A stretch of 64,000 bases of DNA from Candidatus Latescibacterota bacterium (GTDB lineage: Bacteria; Latescibacterota; UBA2968; GCA-2709665). The notes beneath the pieces are model-generated. The model had not been told where the DNA came from. It worked only from the letters and a program-made list of their open reading frames with translations, and ran no database searches. Every line of letters begins with the position of its first letter. The first letter of the stretch is position 1. Below are positions 8,515 to 18,036 of this stretch, piece after piece. The stretch spans positions 640,001 to 704,000 of the forward strand of contig OZ242358.1 of the NCBI GenBank assembly GCA_965208835.1, given 5' to 3'. The translations under genes and the position numbers were made by a program.

Positions 8515-11500
8515 GTGAAGAACGAACCGGTAGGCCTGAAGGTGGACGCGCTGAAAGACATGTGTCTGGAAACGCCACTGGTCGTCAACGGCGAGCCACA
8601 GGCGAAGGTCGTCATCGGCGGCGAGGTGGCGCACGCCAGGCAGGCAGACAGAATCGTGGAGCGTGTCGAGGCGGCGACGGGGGCGCGGTTGGAGGTGGTC
8701 CGGGCAGCAGACGCGGCGGCCGGGGCGCTGCTGGAGGGGCACGTGGTGGCGCTTGGGAATATGGCCGACAACGCCTTCATCCGGTGGCTCTATTACCAGT
8801 GGTGGGCGGTGGAAGACCGCTGCTATCCCGGAAGGGGCGGGTACGCGCTGCGGACGCTGCACAACCCTCTGGGGAACCGGTGCAACGTGGTGCTGCTGGG
8901 GGCCAGCGACGACTCGGGGCTGGAGCGGGTGACCTCGCGGTTTGCGGCGTCTGTGCCGGATGGAAAGACATTCAGCGTGGGGTGGACGATGGAAATCCGG
9001 CTCGGCCCCGGGTTCGACGCTTTTTCCCGTCCGCCGGAGGGGTGGCTGCAGGAGCGGAGAGAGGACTTCATCGCGCGGGCGACCGCGCCTCACGCTTCCG
9101 AGGCGGGAGCCGGGTTCCAGTTGATCTCGGAGGCTGGCGCGTACGGGTTGATGTATCACCGGACCGGACACGAGGCGTATGCAACCGCCGTTCTGGAAAT
9201 CGCAAAAGCCCATCTGATGATGGGCGAGTTCGGCGTGATGGCGCACTTCCACGTCTGGTGGCTGGCAGCGGTATGGGACCTGATCGAGGAGAGTCCCGCG
9301 TTCTCGGACGAGGACCGGCTGAAGATCACGCAATACCTGCTGTGGATCATGGATTCCGAGGAGGGCGCGTATACCCGATTCTTCCGCGAGGGCGTCGGGC
9401 ACCGGATGGTCCGCCAGAACCACCAGACGCTGGTGGCGCTGGCGGCGTGGTTTGGGGGAAGATACTTCTCGACCCACTACGGTTTTGAGGAGGGTAAGGA
9501 ATGGATGGCCGCGTCTGCCGACGTGTTCAAGGGTCAGGCGGAGTCGTTCAAACCGGTCGAGGATGCCAATGCCTACCAGTGGATGACGCTGGACCACATA
9601 TTGACCTATACGCTGGCGAGTGGGGATACGACCTATATCGAGAACGGAAACTGCAAACGGTCTCTGGACCAGGCGGTGCTGTATTGCAACAACCGGGGAG
9701 CGCTGCCCGCGTTCGGAGATACGGGCGCGCCGATGGATGGATACCCCACGAATTTCCTGGCCAAGGCGGGTCATGTACTTCAGGACGGGCGTGCGGTGTT
9801 TCTGTTGGGCAAACGGTTCGACAGGCCCTCGGACTACTTTCGGCCCCAGCCGCCGGGCGAGCGGTACGAGGCGGTGAGAGATCCCTTGCTCGTGATGAGT
9901 TTCGAGAAGTACTTCGACGACGGGCTGCCTCCCGAGGTCCCGGAAGCGATGGCCGGGGTGCCGGTGCTCGAGGTCGCCGGCGGTTTCTACGATCTCGCCG
10001 AAGATCCCGGGGCGAGGCCGCGCGAAGTGAAGCCGTTGAACCTGCCGAAAGAAGAGGCGTTCGATACGGTCTGTTTCCGGGAGGGCTTCGGCCGGGACGA
10101 CCAGTACCTGATGCTGCACGGGATCTATTACGGCAACCACAGCCACGAAGACGGGAATACCATACCGGAATTCTCGGCCAACGACCGGATTTTCCTGGTG
10201 GACGCGTCGTATACGGAGGGTCCGACGCTGAAGCACCACAACGGCGTGACGGCGGTGCGGGACGGGGAGGCGTGGGACGTACCCGCCCTTTGCCGGCTGG
10301 ATGGCGTGGCGGACCTGGGCCGCGTGGGCATGAGCCGGACGTCCGCGGATGGCGATTGGGGCGCTCTGTGGGTCCGGAATATCGTTTGGCAAAGGGGCCG
10401 ATATTTCGTGGTGGTGGACGAGGTCGAAGCGACGAAGCCGGGCGCGTTCGCGCTGCAGTGTCACTGGCGGACGTTGGGGACACCCGCATTGAAGGACGGA
10501 ATGCTCGAGGTGATTCAGCAGGACCCCGAGACAGGGCGCGAAGACCGGTTTGTTCTGCAGAGTGTGGGCGGAGGCCGGATGTCGCTGGAGCGGGACTGGG
10601 AGAATTTCGGCCACTGGTGGGACGCATATCCCTATGCGGATGACTATGTGAATATTCTGCGAGAGTCAGCCAGCAGGGAGATGGAGGCGGGAGACCGGCA
10701 CACGTTTATCAACCTGTTCTATGCCTCCAATACGCGGAAGCCCGTGGACGACCGGATGCGCCGCGTGGGGGAATCGGCAGTGGCGGTCGAAGGATCGCAA
10801 GGCCGTATGCTGGTGGGGACCGGGGGCGGGACAGGCGCGTTCGAAGTCGGATCGATTTCCGGCCGGGCCGAAATCTATGCGGCCGGCGACGGGTGGTTTG
10901 CGCTGTGCAACGGCACATCGCTGTGTTCGGAAGGCGCGGTTTTCGAAAGCGAACACCCCGTTTCAATCGAGTTCGATCTGGAACGTGGCGAAGGCGTGGT
11001 TATAACACCGCGCCCCGCTGAGATCACGCTGAACAGGGAGCGGCTACACGTTGCGGCCGGGCGGCAGGAAGTGAAAACGCATAAGCCCGGAGCAGGCGTG
11101 TTTTCGATGGTCGGGACTGCAGACCTGCCGGCGTACGGGGCAGATTTTCGAGCGCCCGCACCGGCGGCGTCCGTGCCCGGCCTGTCCCGGATCTGGACGT
11201 ATGACGCCGGTTCGGGCGTGCGCTGCACCGCCGCGAACGCGGATGGGGTGGTCCTGGGGACGGAAGACGGGCGGGTCCTGGCGCTGGACGAATACGGAAA
11301 GCCGGCCTGGTCATTCCAGGCGGAAGGGAGCGTGCTTTCTGCGGGTCCGATAGAATTGGACGGCCAGCGTTGTGTGATTGCGGGCGCCGACGACCGGCGT
11401 CTCTATCTGCTGGAGGAAGGCGGAGAGGTACGGTGGTCTCGCGCGTTTGAGATATTCAGGGGCACGTGGGACCGGTACGCGCGAAACTCCGCGGTGGAGT

Positions 11501-12252
11501 TCGTGACGGCGGCGGACCTGCGCGGTTGCGGCAGGCCGGACATCCTGGCGGCGGTCTCGGACCGGCAGCTCCACTGTATTGACGCGACCGGCGACGAGCG
11601 TTGGAGTTTTATGATCTACGGCATTTTCGCGCCGCTACGCGTCGCGGATATTAACGGGGACGGGAGGCAGGAGGTGATCGGCGGTCCGGGCCGGATTACA
11701 TGCGGGGGGACCTGTTATGTGCTGGATGCCGACGGCGCGGAGGTCGCGAGCAACGGGCTGGACGGTTGGGCGTCGATGATGCCCGCGTGCGACGTCTGGG
11801 TAAAGGGGGACGAGCACCTCATCGCGTGCGGGACGAACCGGTCGCATGTTTTCGGGTTGAAACTGGACGGCAATCGACTGGAGACGCTCTGGAAGCAGCG
11901 GGTGGGAGAGGAAGTCAACTCGGTCTGTGCCGCGGACGTGGACGGAGACAGCAGACCGGAGGTCCTGGTCGGGTCGGACTGTTTCTATATTTACCTGTTG
12001 GACGAACATGGTAAGGAAAGATGGCGGCGTAACCTTGGTGCACCCGTACAACAGGTGATGGTGGCCGGACTGGACGGGGGCGCGAAGATCGCCGCGGGGT
12101 GTGAGGACGGATCCGTGTGGGTGCTGGACACGGATGGACGGACCCTCGGCCTTCACCGTGCAGAGTCTGAGATACACACCCTGACGACGCATGAAGAAAG
12201 CCGTCTGCTGATCGGATGTTCGGACGGGACGCTGTCACTGCTGGGCGTTTGA
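8515..12252 (+). CDS. Heparinase II/III-like lyase domain + C-terminal FG-GAP/PQQ beta-propeller (paralog 1 of 4)
   Basis: RQNHQT, VEDANAYQW, PAFGD, NHSHEDGN, HHNGV, then DxxGDG repeats. GTG 8515 chosen because GAGGAG is at 8503-8508 and it aligns with the 36964 paralog (ATG 8509 is an alternative). The ORF-track extension to 8350 runs through the repeat element. Confidence 0.75.
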   Translation: MKNEPVGLKVDALKDMCLETPLVVNGEPQAKVVIGGEVAHARQADRIVERVEAATGARLEVVRAADAAAGALLEGHVVALGNMADNAFIRWLYYQWWAVEDRCYPGRGGYALRTLHNPLGNRCNVVLLGASDDSGLERVTSRFAASVPDGKTFSVGWTMEIRLGPGFDAFSRPPEGWLQERREDFIARATAPHASEAGAGFQLISEAGAYGLMYHRTGHEAYATAVLEIAKAHLMMGEFGVMAHFHVWWLAAVWDLIEESPAFSDEDRLKITQYLLWIMDSEEGAYTRFFREGVGHRMVRQNHQTLVALAAWFGGRYFSTHYGFEEGKEWMAASADVFKGQAESFKPVEDANAYQWMTLDHILTYTLASGDTTYIENGNCKRSLDQAVLYCNNRGALPAFGDTGAPMDGYPTNFLAKAGHVLQDGRAVFLLGKRFDRPSDYFRPQPPGERYEAVRDPLLVMSFEKYFDDGLPPEVPEAMAGVPVLEVAGGFYDLAEDPGARPREVKPLNLPKEEAFDTVCFREGFGRDDQYLMLHGIYYGNHSHEDGNTIPEFSANDRIFLVDASYTEGPTLKHHNGVTAVRDGEAWDVPALCRLDGVADLGRVGMSRTSADGDWGALWVRNIVWQRGRYFVVVDEVEATKPGAFALQCHWRTLGTPALKDGMLEVIQQDPETGREDRFVLQSVGGGRMSLERDWENFGHWWDAYPYADDYVNILRESASREMEAGDRHTFINLFYASNTRKPVDDRMRRVGESAVAVEGSQGRMLVGTGGGTGAFEVGSISGRAEIYAAGDGWFALCNGTSLCSEGAVFESEHPVSIEFDLERGEGVVITPRPAEITLNRERLHVAAGRQEVKTHKPGAGVFSMVGTADLPAYGADFRAPAPAASVPGLSRIWTYDAGSGVRCTAANADGVVLGTEDGRVLALDEYGKPAWSFQAEGSVLSAGPIELDGQRCVIAGADDRRLYLLEEGGEVRWSRAFEIFRGTWDRYARNSAVEFVTAADLRGCGRPDILAAVSDRQLHCIDATGDERWSFMIYGIFAPLRVADINGDGRQEVIGGPGRITCGGTCYVLDADGAEVASNGLDGWASMMPACDVWVKGDEHLIACGTNRSHVFGLKLDGNRLETLWKQRVGEEVNSVCAADVDGDSRPEVLVGSDCFYIYLLDEHGKERWRRNLGAPVQQVMVAGLDGGAKIAAGCEDGSVWVLDTDGRTLGLHRAESEIHTLTTHEESRLLIGCSDGTLSLLGV

Positions 12253-12356
12253 GGACGGCTCGATCGTCGCGGCCCTTACTTCGTGACAGCGATGGACGAC
12301 CGGAGAATGGGGACGGTCGGCTCTGGATTTGAGGGGGTGTACAGGGAGCCGGAGAC

Positions 12357-15095
12357 ATGCTGCGATATTTCTCTTTGGTCCTGTTCCTGGCTTTTGGGAT
12401 GGAAACCCCTGCCACTGCCGTTCCTGACGATCCTTCCAGGAGCGATCTAATTAGGGAAGACGTGCTCTTTTCGGCGGCGGGTGAAGCGCTCAACCAGGTC
12501 GCTTCCGGGAGGTTCGATCTGGTCCCACGCGAGCCGGGAACAGTGGTTCGCACTCTGGGAACGGATTTCGCGCTGACGCTTGATCGGGACCTGATGCCGG
12601 GAATCTACCGGCTGAGCGTTCTCTGTCTGGCCCCGACGACGTCAACCGATTCATTCTGGCTGGAGGTGAACGGAGAGCGGCAACCGCAACCGATCGTGTT
12701 GCCCAAGGGCGAGTACACGGAGGTGCATCGGGGCTTTCGACTGGACGTTTCGGGAAGAACATCCATTCGACTCGTGCTGCGGGAACGGCCCGGTGTGAGC
12801 GTTGCCCGCATGAAACTGACGCATCTGACGGTTCATTTTGATGACGCTTCGGTCATCCGGCCAGCGCTGACCGGAGAGCGCCCGCGGCTTTTTCTCACGC
12901 GGTGGGACATCGAGCGGTTGCGCGACGCACAGCGCAGTAACGCCGGCCAGCGGCTCTATCGGCGGCAGGGGATGTTGCGGGGCACGCCGCCTCCCCGCAC
13001 GGGTCCGCCGAAGCGCGCGGGGTGGACGTGGCGTATGGAGAACCAGGCGATCCCTTGCCTGCTCGCCAATTCCCCCGATGCGACCGAGCGTTTCGAGGCC
13101 ATCCGGCGCCACATTCTCACAATCTGCACATACGACAAGTGGCTCCCTGACGGCTGGTCGCATGCTACACCGGATCTGGATCTTGACGCGGCCTATATGA
13201 TCCATGGGACCGCCGTCGCGTACGATTGGCTCTACAACTGGTTTACGGAGGAGGAAAGACGGATCATCCGGGAGAAGCTGACGTACCAGGCGCGGCTCAT
13301 GTTCGAGGCGTCCTTTATGGAGCGAATGTATTGGGCGCGTACCGTCCAGCAGAACCACTACTGGTTCGACAATTACGCCATCGGCGTGGCCGGCGCGGCG
13401 CTTTACGGCGAGGTGCCCGAGGCCGAGGCGTGGATGGCCTGGAGCTGGGACCGCCTACAGGGGACGCTGAAGACCTTCGCCCAGGACGGGGGGTTCCACG
13501 AGGGGCCTGCGTACTGGAACTTCTCCATGGGGTCGCTGTTTCGATGGATCGACCTCTATGAACATACAACGGGACAGACGATCGCTTACGCAGACACATG
13601 GCTGAGGAAGACCGGCTATTTCCCGATTCATTACGTGTATCCCGATCTGCGTTCGGGCGCGGCAATCGAAGATACGTTTCGACCGGGGGTTGTACCTGCG
13701 CTGGAAACGCTGCTCTGGCTGGCAGGGCGCAATGGCGACGCCCGGCTCTTTCGTATTGCCGAGTTGATTCACGCAGACAGGCAGAATACCCACTGGTGGA
13801 CGTTGAAGGCGCTGGCCGGGGATACGAGGGCGTCGGCCGGAACGCTGGACGAGCTGATGCCCAAGCTGGCTTATTACCGGGACGTGGAAGCATACTTTGC
13901 ACGGACATCGTGGCGGACGGACGCAACGATGTTCGCACTTGGGGCGCGTCCGCTCGGGGGTCACACACTGGCAAGACTGATCGAGGCGTATCCCTGGATC
14001 GGCGGCGTAGGGCACAACCACCCCGCGCAGAACAGCTTTGTGCTGTACGGCAGCGGGAAGGAGCTGTTGATCGATCCAGGCTATACGTTGAAAAAGCTGA
14101 CGGCGAACCACAACACGGTCCTGGTGGACGGGCAGGGGCAGTACGGCGACGGAGAGCGGTGGCCGCGCTGGTATCCCGGGTGGTCGTACATCGGGTACGC
14201 CTCCACCGAGTTCCCGTATGTGCGTGGGGAGGCCGCATCGGCGTACCCTCCCGAACTGGGTCTGAAGCGGTTCACACGTCAGATGTTGATGCTGGACGAC
14301 AAACGTGTAATGTTTGCGGACCATCTGGAGGCAGACCGACCGCGGCGTTTCACGTGGCTGCTACATTTCGACGAAGACGCGGACGTGCTGTCGTCGGGAC
14401 AGGGCCGGTTTGCGGCGACTTACGAAGGCGCGTCGCTGCGAATCGATATTCTGACGCCGGACGGCATGGCCTCGCAATTTGAACGTTACGAACCGACGTG
14501 GAACAATATTGCGCGTCCCGGCTATCACCCCAGAGTCGGCCGGCTGCAGTTGACCGCCGGTCCGGTAACGGCCACGCCGATTGTGGCCGTGCTGGGCCTC
14601 GACCCCTCGGGGACGCGTCCGGCGCTGGAAATCACACCTCGCGTCCTGCTCGTTACGTTTTCCGACAGTACCCGGGTAGGGTTCAATCGAACGGCGGAGG
14701 TGGTGGCCGTGGATGGGCTCGAGACCGACGGGCGCGCCGTGGTGATTACCCCTGTTGGAACCGGGGGACGCAGGGCCAGGGTCCTGGACGTGCTCCGGTA
14801 CCGCGACGGGTCCGGTCGGCTCCGCGACTTCCCGGACGGAGAGGGCGAATTCGTCCTGTTGAACGGTGCCTGGCTGCCGACGTTCCCGGAGGCGCCTGTC
14901 ACGTTGAGCGCTGACTTCGACGGGAACGGTACGGTGGGTTTCAGCGACTTCCTGGCGTTCGCACACGTGTTTGGGTCCCACGCCGGAACCGCGGGCTGGG
15001 ACGCCCGGTTCGACCTGAACGGCGACGGCGAAGTCGGGTTTCGGGATTTCCTGATTCTCGCGGCCCAATTCGGCAGGCGCAAACCCGGGAATTAA
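12357..15095 (+). CDS. Secreted heparinase II/III-like lyase with N-terminal beta-sandwich and C-terminal EF-hand/dockerin-like pair
   Basis: Signal peptide, RPRLFL, AVAYDWLY, QQNHYW, DGGFHEGPAYW, GHNHPAQNSF, TANHNTV. C-terminus DFDGNGTVGFSDF...FDLNGDGEVGFRDF. Confidence 0.8.
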   Translation: MLRYFSLVLFLAFGMETPATAVPDDPSRSDLIREDVLFSAAGEALNQVASGRFDLVPREPGTVVRTLGTDFALTLDRDLMPGIYRLSVLCLAPTTSTDSFWLEVNGERQPQPIVLPKGEYTEVHRGFRLDVSGRTSIRLVLRERPGVSVARMKLTHLTVHFDDASVIRPALTGERPRLFLTRWDIERLRDAQRSNAGQRLYRRQGMLRGTPPPRTGPPKRAGWTWRMENQAIPCLLANSPDATERFEAIRRHILTICTYDKWLPDGWSHATPDLDLDAAYMIHGTAVAYDWLYNWFTEEERRIIREKLTYQARLMFEASFMERMYWARTVQQNHYWFDNYAIGVAGAALYGEVPEAEAWMAWSWDRLQGTLKTFAQDGGFHEGPAYWNFSMGSLFRWIDLYEHTTGQTIAYADTWLRKTGYFPIHYVYPDLRSGAAIEDTFRPGVVPALETLLWLAGRNGDARLFRIAELIHADRQNTHWWTLKALAGDTRASAGTLDELMPKLAYYRDVEAYFARTSWRTDATMFALGARPLGGHTLARLIEAYPWIGGVGHNHPAQNSFVLYGSGKELLIDPGYTLKKLTANHNTVLVDGQGQYGDGERWPRWYPGWSYIGYASTEFPYVRGEAASAYPPELGLKRFTRQMLMLDDKRVMFADHLEADRPRRFTWLLHFDEDADVLSSGQGRFAATYEGASLRIDILTPDGMASQFERYEPTWNNIARPGYHPRVGRLQLTAGPVTATPIVAVLGLDPSGTRPALEITPRVLLVTFSDSTRVGFNRTAEVVAVDGLETDGRAVVITPVGTGGRRARVLDVLRYRDGSGRLRDFPDGEGEFVLLNGAWLPTFPEAPVTLSADFDGNGTVGFSDFLAFAHVFGSHAGTAGWDARFDLNGDGEVGFRDFLILAAQFGRRKPGN

Positions 15096-15402
15096 CCTTG
15101 ATTCGTACGTCTTACGGGACGTTAATTCGAATATGTGCTTGTATATAAAGGCGATTAGACGGCGGATTTCCAGGATACACCAGGTCACTGGACGTGACGG
15201 GAAAAAACGTCCTTCTATACGTCGATAACGCCCCGTCTTGGAGAGTTTTATCGCGTCGCCGCGTTGCTGTTTTTTTCGGATTGAGGTTAACTGTCGTGCT
15301 CCGCGGTACAACGACCCGTGTGGTACGGTGCGGGAGTTTCGGCGAACTGTTTCTGGTGCATACACTCATGACTTTATTCTCAGGTGCAGGAGGTGAACAG
15401 AC

Positions 15403-16437
15403 TTGGTTGAACTGGTAATTTTCGTATGTGCCGTTATCTTCGTTTCCGCGACCTGTTCTCTCGCGGAGGCTGTTCTCTACGCCGTTCCGGTGAGCTACGT
15501 CGAAAGCCTTGCGCAGAAGGGTACTGTATCGGGCCGTATCCTGAAAGACCTGCGGATGCGCAACGTCGACCGTCCCATCTCGGCCATCCTCTCGCTGAAT
15601 ACAATCGCGAACACGGGCGGCGCGTTCCTGGCAGGCGCGGCGTTCATAAAAGTCTACGGCGCGGAGTGGGAACACTATTTTACGATATTTATTACACTCT
15701 CGGTCCTGCTCCTGTCGGAGGTTATTCCCAAGACCGTCGGCGTGGTCTACAGCCGGTACCTGGCCAGCCTGATCGCGATACCGCTTCGAATTCTGGTCCT
15801 GGCAATGTACCCGTTTGTCGAGACATGCCGTCTTGTGACCCGGGCATTCTCGAAGGGTCGATCGTCCCAGGAGGTTTCCGAAGACGAAATCGCCTCACTG
15901 GCGCGGATGGGGAGGGAAGCCGGCGCGATCGAGCCACACGAAGCCCGCGTGATGCAGAACATCCTATCGCTCAAACGCAAGACCGCAAGGGATGTCATGA
16001 CCCCGCGGACGGTCGTGTTCGCGTTGAGCGCCGATCTGAACGTGGAGCAGGCGCAAAAGGAGGCCGGGACCTGGCAGCACAGCCGGGTCCCCGTCTACGA
16101 GAATGAATTCGAGGACGTGATCGGCGTCGTGATGCGGCGCGATGCGTTCAACGCCCTCACGGACGGTCGTGGGCAGACCCCAATTTCGGAACTGATGGGT
16201 CCCGTTCACTTCGTCGCAGAGACGGTCTCGCTGGACCGGGTTCTGGAGATGTTTCTGGAGCGGCGGCAGCACCTCTTTGCGGTCATCGACGAATACGGCG
16301 GGCTGGCCGGGATCCTGACGCTGGAAGATGTGCTCGAAGAGATTCTGGGCAGGGAGATTGTGGATGAGTCCGATACGGTTACGGACATGCGTGAACTGGC
16401 GCGGCGCCGGCGCCGTCAGGTCTCGGAAGGGGAATAG
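15403..16437 (+). CDS. CNNM/hemolysin-C family membrane protein (DUF21 + two CBS domains)
   Basis: SATCSLAEA, ILSLNTIANT, SEVIPKT, VMTPR, HSRVPVY, VIDEYGGLAGILTLEDVLEEILGREIVDE. TTG start after AGGAGGTG. Confidence 0.9.
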   Translation: MVELVIFVCAVIFVSATCSLAEAVLYAVPVSYVESLAQKGTVSGRILKDLRMRNVDRPISAILSLNTIANTGGAFLAGAAFIKVYGAEWEHYFTIFITLSVLLLSEVIPKTVGVVYSRYLASLIAIPLRILVLAMYPFVETCRLVTRAFSKGRSSQEVSEDEIASLARMGREAGAIEPHEARVMQNILSLKRKTARDVMTPRTVVFALSADLNVEQAQKEAGTWQHSRVPVYENEFEDVIGVVMRRDAFNALTDGRGQTPISELMGPVHFVAETVSLDRVLEMFLERRQHLFAVIDEYGGLAGILTLEDVLEEILGREIVDESDTVTDMRELARRRRRQVSEGE

Positions 16438-16451
16438 CAAGTCCGTCGATC

Positions 16452-16533
16452 GTGCCGCAAACTGTCAGTTTGCGGTACCGAATCAAGCACCCTCAGGTAG
16501 CCACGCCGTAGCGCGAATTGTCAATTCGCGGCA
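16452..16533. repeat. Inverted pair of GTAG-type REP-like palindromes
   Basis: Minus-strand copy GTAC-CGCAAACTG-A-CAGTTTGCG-GCA (16452-16478). Plus-strand copy GTAG-CGCGAATTG-T-CAATTCGCG-GCA (16508-16533). Confidence 0.7.
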
Positions 16534-16582
16534 AATGATGATGCGTAACCGCTGCGCACTGGGACGATTCCCGAGGAATTGA

Positions 16583-17854
16583 GTGACGGCACTGCAGACA
16601 GAGCTGTTCGACCACACCGATACGTCGACGCGACCCTTATCGTATGAAGAATTGCTCTGCGACATCGTGCGTTTCGACGATTTTCACAGTGAAACGGCGG
16701 TCCTGGAATTTCCTGATCCGGACTTCGACATTCCGGTCTATGTGAATGAGTTCTGGACATCCAGACAGAGGGCGGCCCACTCGCTCCACGAGGTATCGTA
16801 CCGCGCGTGTTTCAAGCCCCAGTTGCCGCGGTTCTTCATAGAGAGACTGACCAGTCCGGGCGAAGCGGTCTACGATCCCTTCCTGGGGCGGGGCACGACC
16901 GTCATCGAAGCCGCATTGCTGGGGCGCACGCCCGTCGGGACGGACGTCAATCCATTAAGCGAAATACTCGTGTCCCCGAGGCTCGATCCACCTCCCCTTG
17001 CGGCAGTTTCCAAACGCCTGAGCGAACTGCCTCTCGACGGCGACTACGAAACGCGGGACGACCTGCTTGCGTTTTATCATCCGAACACGCTGCGCCAGAT
17101 TACCAACCTTCGGAACTTCCTGATCGGAAAACAGGAAGACGGCGGTCTGGATGCGGTTGACCGGTGGATCAGGATGGTGGCGACCAACCGGCTGACGGGG
17201 CATTCACCCGGTTTCTTTTCGGTTTACACGTTGCCCCCAAACCAAGCTGTCACGGTAAGCCGGCAGCGTGACATCAACCAGCGTCGCAAGCAAACCCCTC
17301 CTGAACGGGAGGTTCGGGAATCGATTCTGAAGAAGTCGCGGTCGCTCCTTGGCAAACTTCAAGAAGATGACATTGGCAAACTGCGCGCGTCCTCGAAGAA
17401 AGCCTTGCTCATCACTGGATCTTCGGACGCCACGCCCGAAATCCAGAGCGATTCGGTCAGCCTCGTCGTCACCTCGCCGCCGTTTCTGGACGTGGTGGAT
17501 TACCAGACAGACAACTGGCTGCGGTGCTGGTTCAACGGCATCGACCCGCGGACCGTAGACATATGGCACTTTAAGAAGCCGTTGGAATGGCAGGCGGCCA
17601 TGACGAGCGTATTCGTTGAACTCAGGCGAGTGCTTGAACATGGGGGATATGTCGCGTTTGAGGTCGGGGAAGTCCGCAGTGGGAAGATCCTCCTGGAATC
17701 GCTTGTTGTCCCGGCTGCGGCGCAGGCAGGGCTCGAACCGCTCATGGTCCTGGTAAACGACCAGATCTTCACCAAGACTTCAAACTGCTGGGGCGTGGAT
17801 AACCTGAAAAAGGGAACCAATACCAACAGGATCGTACTGTTGAGAAAACCCTGA
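16583..17854 (+). CDS. Site-specific DNA amino-methyltransferase (N4-cytosine/N6-adenine type), orphan
   Basis: SYRACFKPQLP, motif I YDPFLGRGTT followed by motif IV VVTSPPF. No restriction endonuclease adjacent. Confidence 0.85.
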   Translation: MTALQTELFDHTDTSTRPLSYEELLCDIVRFDDFHSETAVLEFPDPDFDIPVYVNEFWTSRQRAAHSLHEVSYRACFKPQLPRFFIERLTSPGEAVYDPFLGRGTTVIEAALLGRTPVGTDVNPLSEILVSPRLDPPPLAAVSKRLSELPLDGDYETRDDLLAFYHPNTLRQITNLRNFLIGKQEDGGLDAVDRWIRMVATNRLTGHSPGFFSVYTLPPNQAVTVSRQRDINQRRKQTPPEREVRESILKKSRSLLGKLQEDDIGKLRASSKKALLITGSSDATPEIQSDSVSLVVTSPPFLDVVDYQTDNWLRCWFNGIDPRTVDIWHFKKPLEWQAAMTSVFVELRRVLEHGGYVAFEVGEVRSGKILLESLVVPAAAQAGLEPLMVLVNDQIFTKTSNCWGVDNLKKGTNTNRIVLLRKP

Positions 17855-18036
17855 GGTCTGGCATCTGTCGCGAAAAGCAGGAGAGGAGATATAATGACCC
17901 ACTGACACCATTTTCCGCACCAATTCAAGGCACGCCCTTTCGAGCTGCGAACGGATTGGAATATCGCCATTGTGTATACGACACGACTTCATTCAGCCGT
18001 ATTGACACTAACCTGCCGGGGTAAGGATCGCACACT

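Noticed and set aside
15096-15402. Metal-sensing riboswitch or small ORF upstream of the CNNM gene
   Set aside because: AT-rich, but I could not find yybP-ykoY, M-box or fluoride riboswitch motifs, and the 74-aa ORF lacks coding character.
18002-18028. TTGACA promoter upstream of the S55 peptidase
   Set aside because: No convincing -10 hexamer at 16-18 nt spacing.
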